Positions 18,201-27,248 of a stretch of 64,000 nucleotides of DNA are shown here, piece after piece. The notes under the pieces were generated by a model. The model ran no database searches, had not been told where the DNA came from, and was given only the letters and a program-made list of their open reading frames with translations. The position numbers and the translations under genes were made by a program. How positions within the stretch are numbered: the first letter of the stretch is position 1; the number at the start of each line of letters is the position of its first letter. This DNA is from a virus. The stretch lies in the IMG/VR virus record IMGVR_UViG_3300032087_005679, positions 1-64,000 of that record; one strand, 5' to 3'.

Positions 18201-21200
18201 CAACAGAAAGAAAAGAAGCGTTATCTTTATACTCTCGTATATGTTCGCTGACTCTAAACTCTGGAATAATTGTATGATCTTTGCCAACCAGTCGAATATC
18301 TTCAACGTACTTTTCATATGAATTATAAAATGGATAAGATGGCTCTAAAAGTTGCCCTCTCAAAGGTCCATCAATATATCTTCTGCTCCCACCAGCAGTC
18401 CATTTTGGTAGTGTATAAACATTCCCAGGAACTCTTGGCTCTGGTTGATATTGATTAGGAGATGAAATGTAAGCTCCAGTAACATGAGCCGTAGTGTGGA
18501 CGTATTGTGCGGAAACTATGTTTGTTTGATAAGTTCCTAAAGTACCGTAACTACTCGTCAAACCATTCAAGGAATCAATAGCGTTTGTATTGTTATCATC
18601 TACCGCATAAAAATAAGGGGTCATCAACTCACCAGACCCAAGAGTTGATTGGTCTGCTAGAAGAACTGGTGTGTTGAAAGTTCCTGTGAGTTGTGCCTCA
18701 TAGACACTAATCTGATCGGACCACAGAAAAGAATCTAAAGGCCATATAGACCCAAGTCCAGGTCCTGATGCCCTAGGGAATGAAGAATCAAAGAAACTAT
18801 ATGGAGATTGTTCTTGTGCTCTTGCTCCATAACCCTGAGAATTTGTAAGTCCAGTTCTTATTCTATACCATTGGCTATTATATTGTTCTGAGGTTTCTGA
18901 TCCATCTATTATGTCATCTATTCTAAAGCTATAAAAGTTAGAGAATATAAGATAACCAGAATCTGTTGAAGTTAGTATACTTTTGTTATCTCTCCAAAAG
19001 TTGTTGTCAAAAGATAAACGAGACCTAGACCCTGACATATAAGTGTATTGATCTTTTGGATAAATCGTTTCTTCGTATATGAATTGCTTTATGGTTTTTA
19101 TATCATTTAGATCACGAGATAATTCATCAGAAGCTTGTTCTCTAAGTAATTCGTATGGTCTCTTCACTTTCCCGAAAGAATGCTTTGGACTACCCAATAT
19201 CTCGGTGTTTAAATCTTGGTTAGCAAACCCGAGAAGCGAAGTACCATAAGAATAATCAACACCAACATCTATATCAGTTTTTTTACCAGTCTCTTCGGAG
19301 ACTACCGAGGTTGTTATAGTGTGCCTAAGCGGCTTGTATTTAGAACTTATTGGGGACTCGTAAAATCTCTTAGAATAAAAAGATGTTCTAGAGTTCCCTG
19401 TTTGGTCAAATGAGACTCTCTGAAATGTTGATGGGTCAAACTTTTTCGATGGAGAATCTTTACCTAATGTTTCAAAAGAAACTGTTTTAGGAGAAATCTC
19501 ATAGAGATTATTTTTTCTGTAAAATCTTGCAACATTTTTATTTGCTGCTCTAAGCTGGGTCCACGGAGCACTATACTCTGTTCCGTAATCAGTCCAAATA
19601 AAGTGCGGTAATCCATCAGACCCTGTGAAAACAGATGGTCCATAATAAGTACCAAAAGCATCAGACCCGCCAGTAAAATCTGTCGTTGTGGCTGCTCCAC
19701 CTATAACATTACCAGCTATTGTTGTATTCCCGCCAGAACCAGCAGTCCCTTGTGTCAACTGAACTATTGCGCTTGGAATAAAAACAGGTGTTGGTATAAT
19801 GTCTAGATTACCATCAACATTAGCTTGAGCGACCCCTAGTCTAATTACTTCTGCATATTCAGTTGCTTGTGTGTACCCATTAATACCTAGTTGATATTCT
19901 GTTGGTCCGACTTGAACAACGGAGTCTCCAGCTTTCGAACTAAGAAATGTAAATTCTACTGTATTAGGTGTAGATTCATTATCGGTAAGTTCAAGGACTT
20001 TTGTGTTCCAATCTGCCTCAAGCCCTGATCCTGCTGTAACTGTTCCTGCGGCATTTACAGCAGCGACTGGAAATTGTAAACTTGCTTTTGTTAGTTCCAT
20101 TAGTGCTGGGTATCTAGACCCAGATAACACGTACTTGCTGTAAGTGTCTGTGTCGGAACCAGATAAAGAATAGAACCACTGTGTACTGTCTCCAGCAGGT
20201 ATTGGTCTCATGCAAAAATATGTATCGTATTGAGTTCCTGTTACGAACGTTAAAGTTGGTGACGTCGTATCTATCTCAAGCCTTTGTGTTGAATTTCTTT
20301 GTGTTTTTTCCAAAGCTGCGACTGTTGTACTCGTCCCTAAGTAACCACCTTGCCCTGTATGTGTGCCAAGATCTTTTATAAAAGGCTTTCTAACCACAAC
20401 GTTTCGAAATGGAAGAGCATTATTTGGAGAAAATTGATCGGATCTAACATCTCTAAACAACTGGCTGGAATCTGTTTTTGAACCAGGAGAAGAAAAACGA
20501 CCAGCTATTATTGTTTTGTTGGTCTTTCTAGAAGCCACCTGTCTTGGTGCTGGATAATCTGCCGAACCTGTTCTGTCAAGTGCTCGCATCTCTATCGTTG
20601 TTAGGAATGCTGTTGGAGCATTATGAGCATAGTTTTCGCTATTATAGGCGAAATCCATATTTGTTGCTGAACGGTCTACAGTCTGTACGGTTTCATATTT
20701 TTTAATGTAGTTGCCAACAACACGGATACTATCAGATGTAAATAAGGTTTCTATGTTTTGGATATTTATTGGAGCTTTGGCTCCGTGTCCTCGCAAAAAA
20801 TCACCCTGTGGGTTTCCAGCAGTTGGGCGATTCATTGACCTACCAGCAGAACCACCGCCAAAAGCAGGTGCTGTTATTTCACTTTCTGTAATAGGTGTTC
20901 CAGTAAAAGCCTCTCCATTATCACGAGTCCCTACAAAAGTTCCAACTATGTCTACCTCATTTGCAGAGCCACCTATTGAAGCAACAATAGGCAAGCCATC
21001 ATCTGTGGCTGAAGCATTTAAACTATTAACCAAAGCTTGAGCTACGTGATTCTGATTTGAAGCGTCAGCAATACCTATGAGAGATTTCGTAGAATCTGCA
21101 ATATCAGTGAATGAATCAAATGTCCCTGTATAAGTTACTCCGCCCAAAGTGATAGTAATAGATTCTGTGTCAAAAGTAGTCTCTGGGTCAGCCGTTGGAA

Positions 21201-21954
21201 CAACTGTTAAGGTTGTTGAAGCAACGGAAGCGAGAGGACCCATTGTGAGGACAAATGATTCTCTTCTTTCGGAGGTTTTCATTGGAGCATTATGGCGGGA
21301 AAGCATACCTCCCACAAATCTTTCCGTAAATGGACCCTGCATGGGTATTTCACCCTGATAGGACTGAATCTTATCGTCATGAAGATTTTCAAAACTAACG
21401 TCGCTGACGCCTCTAGATATAAGAGACGCTTGGTACCCAGATGTCACACTAGAACTAAAAAGACTAAATGGTACAATTTGTTCGCCAACATATGATTCGC
21501 CATCCATTGTAGCACCAAAAGATACTCTCTTTTTAGTATTTGGATACACCAGGTCTGTTATGTCAAGTTCTGTATCAAAATCACCAATCGTTATGTCACC
21601 CAGATGATACTTTTTATTCTTAGGTTGATTACTTCCACCATAAAAAACATCGGCGAACTCTGCATCGTGTTTAAAATTTCTACTGTGGTCTAAGTTTCTA
21701 AGAGCTTCTCTCTGTACTGCTTGACGAGAATAAAGATTATCTCCAGAACTTGAGAGCGCCGTGGCATATCTTTCTGCTCTGTGTTGCCACCAAGATGCAT
21801 TCTCGTTCTCAAGACCTGAGATAGGAGCATGATTATACTTCCAACTGGTTGGACTTTGCAGTCTTGTCCTTAGGGTACTTCTTTGGTTTGAGCCACCTAT
21901 CACTCTTTTATTTGGGCTAGGAGGTATTGTATCAATTATTGTTTTATTTGCCAT
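15289..21954 (-). CDS. Very large baseplate/tail structural protein (2221 aa) with two inserted G/A/T-rich repeat domains
   Basis: Long ORF in baseplate block; two ~130-aa modules ending FGGGS / FTGGSD; many [ST][GAS]S tripeptides. Confidence 0.6.
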   Translation of the reverse strand: MANKTIIDTIPPSPNKRVIGGSNQRSTLRTRLQSPTSWKYNHAPISGLENENASWWQHRAERYATALSSSGDNLYSRQAVQREALRNLDHSRNFKHDAEFADVFYGGSNQPKNKKYHLGDITIGDFDTELDITDLVYPNTKKRVSFGATMDGESYVGEQIVPFSLFSSSVTSGYQASLISRGVSDVSFENLHDDKIQSYQGEIPMQGPFTERFVGGMLSRHNAPMKTSERRESFVLTMGPLASVASTTLTVVPTADPETTFDTESITITLGGVTYTGTFDSFTDIADSTKSLIGIADASNQNHVAQALVNSLNASATDDGLPIVASIGGSANEVDIVGTFVGTRDNGEAFTGTPITESEITAPAFGGGSAGRSMNRPTAGNPQGDFLRGHGAKAPINIQNIETLFTSDSIRVVGNYIKKYETVQTVDRSATNMDFAYNSENYAHNAPTAFLTTIEMRALDRTGSADYPAPRQVASRKTNKTIIAGRFSSPGSKTDSSQLFRDVRSDQFSPNNALPFRNVVVRKPFIKDLGTHTGQGGYLGTSTTVAALEKTQRNSTQRLEIDTTSPTLTFVTGTQYDTYFCMRPIPAGDSTQWFYSLSGSDTDTYSKYVLSGSRYPALMELTKASLQFPVAAVNAAGTVTAGSGLEADWNTKVLELTDNESTPNTVEFTFLSSKAGDSVVQVGPTEYQLGINGYTQATEYAEVIRLGVAQANVDGNLDIIPTPVFIPSAIVQLTQGTAGSGGNTTIAGNVIGGAATTTDFTGGSDAFGTYYGPSVFTGSDGLPHFIWTDYGTEYSAPWTQLRAANKNVARFYRKNNLYEISPKTVSFETLGKDSPSKKFDPSTFQRVSFDQTGNSRTSFYSKRFYESPISSKYKPLRHTITTSVVSEETGKKTDIDVGVDYSYGTSLLGFANQDLNTEILGSPKHSFGKVKRPYELLREQASDELSRDLNDIKTIKQFIYEETIYPKDQYTYMSGSRSRLSFDNNFWRDNKSILTSTDSGYLIFSNFYSFRIDDIIDGSETSEQYNSQWYRIRTGLTNSQGYGARAQEQSPYSFFDSSFPRASGPGLGSIWPLDSFLWSDQISVYEAQLTGTFNTPVLLADQSTLGSGELMTPYFYAVDDNNTNAIDSLNGLTSSYGTLGTYQTNIVSAQYVHTTAHVTGAYISSPNQYQPEPRVPGNVYTLPKWTAGGSRRYIDGPLRGQLLEPSYPFYNSYEKYVEDIRLVGKDHTIIPEFRVSEHIREYKDNASFLSVVESSLELTGASRDIYDSTSTGFYDRYATTDQMQFLEDFMSFDKSDKNYIFNNFPRQFEISSDAIVKLLPYEGFYPVNRTLQIATHFSESYSSSFQFEGTNAGERRALRTVLRPFFSPGILYNSIKSGVAVDYPVRRADRDYPLSWALINPEIFNRFTNKELSKMGSPLYNGGLYALTYEEILALDDNIASNGLLPSNSRRLQNMNFGSDDEGTINKALFYGDRLPFDSILAPENYLSTGSFSPIISNDSTDYWQYVYASASIEPSALTDTFLYKKSISNFLANVPHFFLKNKSNRYGHDGKLTKFVSQFGSAPKGSQEASSPERKVSVDSNSAYMMEIGLIKTDQFNLYSNPHAFGPATFTHAQINTWDTLKASGSFVPNHPAWPRHRGEFAPFTAPYYYGPSVVRITFMPNGTKEEYTLDEIINNDRGEVFVDFINESGSYYDISSGSFVDSTGAEITSSVMPGYGWNRAWLNRMDIDASIFINNEFETGNGNKYKSSDPNKWTIMTKWESPILDFPNRPVSDTSYDFSSSVTPGEYTQTTQGMWHQYGVEPQEDNGVYLYIKDIPTGEHEEYDLVARSFVTTGTKPVPYTDFSGSYHYVKKTPKYVIDSGRTVESLADLCGFDPKEIMRKGFDPKKAKRLGQLADDGENSISEAILALPFYLDDAGSPRLVNVQAPANKLGPKIKEFRKNFTKYSLPPSLSYKLLGLVPKGYPQVPDVINPFGPDEYDEALKGSDLLQTPVVYLMEHKVSLSKQDLADIWQNVMPDISRKIAFSYSAIDHYMPGDNIDEKTTQFPEVLREQIKLGVVRDGHPRYDLLDIAEKCSDGFVPEIRWLVFKVKQRGITSYEQLIAEEVDGPNALGYDNSKELMSLQGLPTQEIEKILGDRDEFSKQVYIQKHSLDSPTYNWPYDYCSLIELAKINAKVGFRPELDKEYQEEELRSSLTVTQETSLVNQIEAIAKNVKLSDNE

Positions 21955-21958
21955 TTAG

Positions 21959-21966
21959 TAACTAGT
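21959..21966 (-). promoter_or_regulatory. Candidate phage late promoter ACTAGTTA
   Basis: Intergenic, exactly 4 nt before ATG 21954, no SD. Confidence 0.6.
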
Positions 21967-21987
21967 CTCTAATTGTATATCTTATTG

Positions 21988-24900
21988 TCAAATGCCACCA
22001 ATATTAGGATTGAAATCATCATTAGGAGGCAACCCTGGTGTATTACCGTTCTCACGATCATCTCGAACTTGTGGTTGTCCTGCATTTGGATCTGGTCCAA
22101 AACCTCTTGAAGGCGCATTTGAAGGCGGTTGCTCTCTGGGTGGTTGCTGTCTTTCAACTCTGTTTCCACCAAGATTGTTTACGTCAGAATTATATCCATT
22201 TGGTGCAAGCGGTCTTTGCGGAGGAAAAGAAGAGGGATGATTAGGGTCTCCTGCTACACCCATGGGCTCATAACTTCCGCCTATATTTGCTATTGGTCCA
22301 GAAGCTCCAACTCCCCAAGGGTAGGCATATTTTATAATTGGCGGCTTGTGTTGAATTTTATTTCTTTCAAGCGTATGACTCTCAACAACATTTCTAACAT
22401 TGGGTGCATACCTAGCAGAAATAGGGAACATCTGCTGTATCATGTCACCAACAGCAGAATCTAACCACTTGTAATATTGTAAATATTTTTCTAGGTCTAT
22501 TGTCTCATTTCTTACTTTGCGAAAGAATATTTCTCTCAACTTTTCCATCTTCTTGTAGTTCATTCTGTATTTATTTACAGGTTCACCAACAAGATTATTG
22601 AATTCTTTTATTGATGCAAAAAGATGAAGCATCCTATTTGAAATACCTCTATACATGCTTTTCTCTATTGCATAGAAGCTACTAGCTGGCTTTTTATAGG
22701 TTCCAAAAACTTGGTCGTCATTTGACATAACCTTAACCATCTCAGTTGAAGAGATATATTCTAAAGGTAAAAGTTTCTCTGAATAGACATATTGCTTCTT
22801 AGCTGGTGTGGCATAAGCTGTAAAAAAGTCACCACGTCCAGGGTGTTGCCGTAAATTGATATCACTAAGGACCGACCCTTGATAGTTTCCAATATACTCT
22901 GAGTCTGCTGAGCCAGATGACAAATCCAAGACTGTAAACCTTCCAGATGCGTCACTTGTTGTAATATCAGAAAACTCCCAATTTAAAGCAAGTGTCTGAA
23001 TTGATGGTGTATAAGTCGTGATTGACCCTGTCTGAAAAAGATAGGGGTTACGGCTTGGATGTAAGACACCATGTGTGTCTGTTTCTTTAGCCTGCAAATC
23101 TAAAATATCGGTAGACAAAAAGTCAGACCAATACCTCACACTGGAAACTCTAACATCTGTCTGTACTTCTACAGAGCCTGTGAAGTTTGTTCTATGTGCC
23201 CCTGCGTATACTCGCTTAGCGTTGGATAAAAGATTTGAACCCGTTGTATATGTTACAGTGGTCGTCTCAGAAAAGCTGTGCTTTTTCTGTCCTAGGTCAT
23301 AGTTTACTCCATATAGTTGAAGTTCATATTCACTTGTCCCGACAGCAGTTCCGAGAACACTATCAGAAAACGGATATTTTGTTGGCTTCAAAGTCAAAGA
23401 AAGGTTCCACTTTTTATTTTCATATACATTTCGATAAATGCTAGAAGTCAGAAGAGTATCGCCTGCACGATTCTTTACAACAAAAAATGCATCCTTAACT
23501 TTGTGAGTTGGAGATGTAATCTCTGAAAATTCTCCTGGTGACTTTACAGCATATATTTGCAATCCATAATCATCGTTTATGCTATCAGGCCAGGTAAGAT
23601 CATTAGAAGTACCATCAAGAACTTTTGGATTGTGGAATCCAAACAGAGAAGAACTAACAACTTGTGGTACTTGGTTGCTTGTATTATAAATTGGTTGTTT
23701 GTCTGGAAACAAAAATTCAGCTTGCAAAGTAAACGCATACTGATCTAGATCAAGAGAACTGCTTATTAGTCCTGATGAATTTGATATTGAAGAATCATAG
23801 TATTGATATACAGTTGCGTCTGCGTCTGTACTTGTTGATAGCGATGAGAAATCAATGTATTTCTTCTCGCTGACTGTTGATAAATAACTACTACTTATTT
23901 CATAGTCAGCGTCATTGGAATAACTGTTTAGTGTTATAACTTCTTCCCCAACACCAAAACACCTTATGAAATTTCTAATTGCTTTTTCATTACCCTTTGA
24001 TTTAAGAATATAACTCAAGTTATTATAAACATTCTTATAAATTGAATTCTTTATGTCTTCCAGGTGCTGATCAAAGTTTATACTTTCATCACGCTGCATG
24101 AATTGTTCTAATATTCCTATATTCTCAAACAATTCAGGTGTATCAATGCCTAAGTTTTCTATCAATCTGTCGTTATATGGAAACTCGTCAATTGAATTAG
24201 TCAAAGAGCCGCTAATGTACTTGTTGTACTTAAGCTCCCTTAGGGCGGTAACTTGGTTATAGATCGTATCAAAATAACTCGATATTATTTGAGTTATTTT
24301 TTCAATCTCATTGTCTGCTTTTTCTTCTTCCTCTATTATCCACGCTGGTAAATGATTTAAAAGTCTAGCATTGTTTTCATAATCATACCTTGACCCTGAG
24401 TGTTGGTAAGATGCTTTTGTGGAACTTAAGGTAGGGTTTGTGCTTCTAACTATTGGATCGCCACGTTCTGTTACAGAAGTTATGTTTTGCTGATCAATTG
24501 CTGAACCTGTGTTTCTGGAATAATTGGCATCATACCCAACGTACAAACCATTAGATACTCTCCCTGAATAATCTAACACTACCTGATCTAAGCTGGCTGT
24601 TTGTGTGATACCTTCGTTAAACTTATAATACACGCCAAGACTAACGTTAGCATCGTATTTATCAGACCCGCCATTGACATTATCAAACCAATACCTGCCA
24701 ATTTGTTCAGAAGTTCTTTTTGTCTTCCAAAATCTAAATTCATCCAAAGAGGCGGATAACTTACCAGCACCCTCATAAGTTGCAGGAAGTGAACCTGTTG
24801 GGTTTTGTCTAAGTGCGCCGATGTTTCCTATCATAGTGCCAGTTACTTCATTTACAACTTTTGCGCCAGCACCATTGGATTGAATTCCAGTTTCGATACA

Positions 24901-25734
24901 TACGCCGTTGAGGTAAAAGTCTAAAAGACCAACATTATTAGATGTATCAAAGACAAACCCAAAGTTTCTCCAAGTACCATCAGATATGGTAATTTGTCCT
25001 GCTGTTGATGGTACCAAAACATTATCGAACCCAGAATTACCAGACAACATTGTGACTCTAAATTGAGTTTCAGACCCTGAGACTAGTTCTATTCTTAGTC
25101 TACCATAGTCATCCGCAGATGTGTCAGACTGTCCGTTCGTTAAGTCAAATATTACTTGATTAGGAGACTGGGATCCTGAATCTATTAATTCGTTTTTCTG
25201 GAGAAAGAACTCAACTGTAGACCCACTTGGACCACCGAACTCCAGATTGGAAGTTCTGTTTTTATCTGCATCGTATTTAGTTCCAATATGTGGTCCACCT
25301 TTGATTTGGATATACTGATCTAAAGAAGAAGAATAATAACCAACTGAGTTGGAATATATTGTTCCATACTCAACTCCATTGGTTACAAATCCTGTTGATC
25401 TTGGATAAATTACATCAAGAGTATATTTCTCCAGTGGGTTTATCTCGTTGTAAAAATTTGTTTTTTCATACCCAGAACCATCATAGGGATAGTAGCTGGT
25501 TATATAATCAAAAGCATTAGTATAGTACTGATAAGCCGACCCAAACCGAACAAAGTTTTCTGGTTTTGAATAATCTATTGGTGGAAGAAAATAATTCTTT
25601 TTCTTTTGTAAGGCTGATAAATGTTCTGAGGACTCTATTCCATTACTTAGAGACTCTGGCGAACTTGGTGGCAGATACTTGTTTACTAAAGTACCTTTTT
25701 TCTTATTGCGATATAAGTCTTTTAAGCTGCTCAT
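21988..25734 (-). CDS. Large baseplate/tail protein with LamG/concanavalin A-like domain(s)
   Basis: DGTWRNFGFV..FYLNG..LDEFRFWK..VYYKFNEG..VLDYSG LamG signature; a second degenerate copy (VRYWSD..LALNWEF..VLDLSSG); Pro-rich tail. Confidence 0.7.
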   Translation of the reverse strand: MSSLKDLYRNKKKGTLVNKYLPPSSPESLSNGIESSEHLSALQKKKNYFLPPIDYSKPENFVRFGSAYQYYTNAFDYITSYYPYDGSGYEKTNFYNEINPLEKYTLDVIYPRSTGFVTNGVEYGTIYSNSVGYYSSSLDQYIQIKGGPHIGTKYDADKNRTSNLEFGGPSGSTVEFFLQKNELIDSGSQSPNQVIFDLTNGQSDTSADDYGRLRIELVSGSETQFRVTMLSGNSGFDNVLVPSTAGQITISDGTWRNFGFVFDTSNNVGLLDFYLNGVCIETGIQSNGAGAKVVNEVTGTMIGNIGALRQNPTGSLPATYEGAGKLSASLDEFRFWKTKRTSEQIGRYWFDNVNGGSDKYDANVSLGVYYKFNEGITQTASLDQVVLDYSGRVSNGLYVGYDANYSRNTGSAIDQQNITSVTERGDPIVRSTNPTLSSTKASYQHSGSRYDYENNARLLNHLPAWIIEEEEKADNEIEKITQIISSYFDTIYNQVTALRELKYNKYISGSLTNSIDEFPYNDRLIENLGIDTPELFENIGILEQFMQRDESINFDQHLEDIKNSIYKNVYNNLSYILKSKGNEKAIRNFIRCFGVGEEVITLNSYSNDADYEISSSYLSTVSEKKYIDFSSLSTSTDADATVYQYYDSSISNSSGLISSSLDLDQYAFTLQAEFLFPDKQPIYNTSNQVPQVVSSSLFGFHNPKVLDGTSNDLTWPDSINDDYGLQIYAVKSPGEFSEITSPTHKVKDAFFVVKNRAGDTLLTSSIYRNVYENKKWNLSLTLKPTKYPFSDSVLGTAVGTSEYELQLYGVNYDLGQKKHSFSETTTVTYTTGSNLLSNAKRVYAGAHRTNFTGSVEVQTDVRVSSVRYWSDFLSTDILDLQAKETDTHGVLHPSRNPYLFQTGSITTYTPSIQTLALNWEFSDITTSDASGRFTVLDLSSGSADSEYIGNYQGSVLSDINLRQHPGRGDFFTAYATPAKKQYVYSEKLLPLEYISSTEMVKVMSNDDQVFGTYKKPASSFYAIEKSMYRGISNRMLHLFASIKEFNNLVGEPVNKYRMNYKKMEKLREIFFRKVRNETIDLEKYLQYYKWLDSAVGDMIQQMFPISARYAPNVRNVVESHTLERNKIQHKPPIIKYAYPWGVGASGPIANIGGSYEPMGVAGDPNHPSSFPPQRPLAPNGYNSDVNNLGGNRVERQQPPREQPPSNAPSRGFGPDPNAGQPQVRDDRENGNTPGLPPNDDFNPNIGGI

Positions 25735-27248
25735 ACATCATCTTCTTTTATCGTAAACTTAAACAATTCATTTTGCTCTCTATATTCACCTTGTAAATAG
25801 TAAGCGAACTGAATTCCATACGAATATCCTGGTTCTAAGAAAGATGTATCTAGTTCGAAATAACTTCCACTAACATCGTAAGATAATCGTGTAAAGTTAT
25901 TAACAACACTGCCTGTGCCAAACGGAACTATTTCAAGATTGTCTATCGTTCTAGTGATCCTATAGTAAGCATCTTCTATAATAGTTGGCAAAATCTCTTG
26001 TGTTGCGACTGTGTATATGTTAGGACTCCAGTCTTTTTCTCTGGTAAACACTCTTAGTTTTGGCTTTTGCCCCTTAGTATAAGAGTTTTCCAAGTTCGTA
26101 ATACTAGTGATATACTCTGTATCATATAATAAATCTGAAGTCTCTACTGGAACAGGCTCGTAAGAACCTGTAAAGAAATTTATTCTCGACGCCCCTGAGC
26201 CTGTGTGCCACACATCGAAAACTACATCTAAAGAACTTGTAGAAGCAAAAGAAGCAGTATATATGCCTGTTGCTATCACACCATTTTCTTTCAATAGTCC
26301 AGCGGTCAAGGATGTTACTGTGGCTCCATCTGAATCAACAACAGTGAGAGGGGAACCTACTGGTGTCAAAGTGCCAGAATATAGTTCTACATTCATAAGA
26401 TTGTTATTAAGACCAGGAACATTAGACAACTGACCTCTGATAACGTTATATAAGTATAGAGTATTTATATTGTCATCAGATGTAGCAAGGCTGCTACTAA
26501 TGTAGAAATTTCCTCTGTTATCTTTCCTTGAAGAATCCCATCTAGCCTCAAGGGTTGGTTGATAGTGATAGAATTCGCTAGTTCTTGAAAAGAACTTTTT
26601 AGAATATAAAGTTTGAGAGGATGATAAGTCTGTATCAGGGAACTTTATCAAGAACCCATAATTCTCTATCTGATTTGAGTTATCAAGCCACTTATAAACC
26701 TGTTCGGAGACATCTATAGATATATTCTCCAAACCTGTTTCAAAAGATATACTAGCAGACGTATTGAGACCAGAAATAAAAGTAGATCCTGTAACGTCCC
26801 AATCAACTGTTGATGTCGCCTTGTCCCAGTTACTATAGCCTTCATCTGTGTAACTGTCCATATCTAACCCACGACCTTCACTCCAACTTTGAGATACCAT
26901 ACAAAGATCAAGAGTGAAATTTTCTGGCAAAGTGTCACCGTGTGGAGCATTATACAAGTTCAGATGAAATTTTATGCTAGAAGAATCCGATGGGATAACT
27001 CCTGCTGTCATATCTGCTGAAATACTGTTAACAGGAAATTGAATAAGTATCCTACTTTGTTCTGCAATTTGGGCGTTGTTTAGGGATGGTGTATCATCAA
27101 TTGAGGCAGAGTTTTGTCCGTGAATAACAAATGCCTCCAATATATCAGAAGCACCCATATTCGAACCAGTAGCACGAGTAATAAGGTTTGGCTCAAAAGC
27201 GTTTGTTATAGTATTGTCTAGTGTCGCAAAATATTTCTTAATACCCAT
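25731..27248 (-). CDS. DNRLRE-like domain baseplate protein
   Basis: RILIQF..LNLY..VSQSWSEG..NW..IDVSEQVYKWL..NYGFLIK..FFSR..PTLE pattern; immediately downstream of gp6. Confidence 0.65.
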   Translation of the reverse strand: MGIKKYFATLDNTITNAFEPNLITRATGSNMGASDILEAFVIHGQNSASIDDTPSLNNAQIAEQSRILIQFPVNSISADMTAGVIPSDSSSIKFHLNLYNAPHGDTLPENFTLDLCMVSQSWSEGRGLDMDSYTDEGYSNWDKATSTVDWDVTGSTFISGLNTSASISFETGLENISIDVSEQVYKWLDNSNQIENYGFLIKFPDTDLSSSQTLYSKKFFSRTSEFYHYQPTLEARWDSSRKDNRGNFYISSSLATSDDNINTLYLYNVIRGQLSNVPGLNNNLMNVELYSGTLTPVGSPLTVVDSDGATVTSLTAGLLKENGVIATGIYTASFASTSSLDVVFDVWHTGSGASRINFFTGSYEPVPVETSDLLYDTEYITSITNLENSYTKGQKPKLRVFTREKDWSPNIYTVATQEILPTIIEDAYYRITRTIDNLEIVPFGTGSVVNNFTRLSYDVSGSYFELDTSFLEPGYSYGIQFAYYLQGEYREQNELFKFTIKEDDV

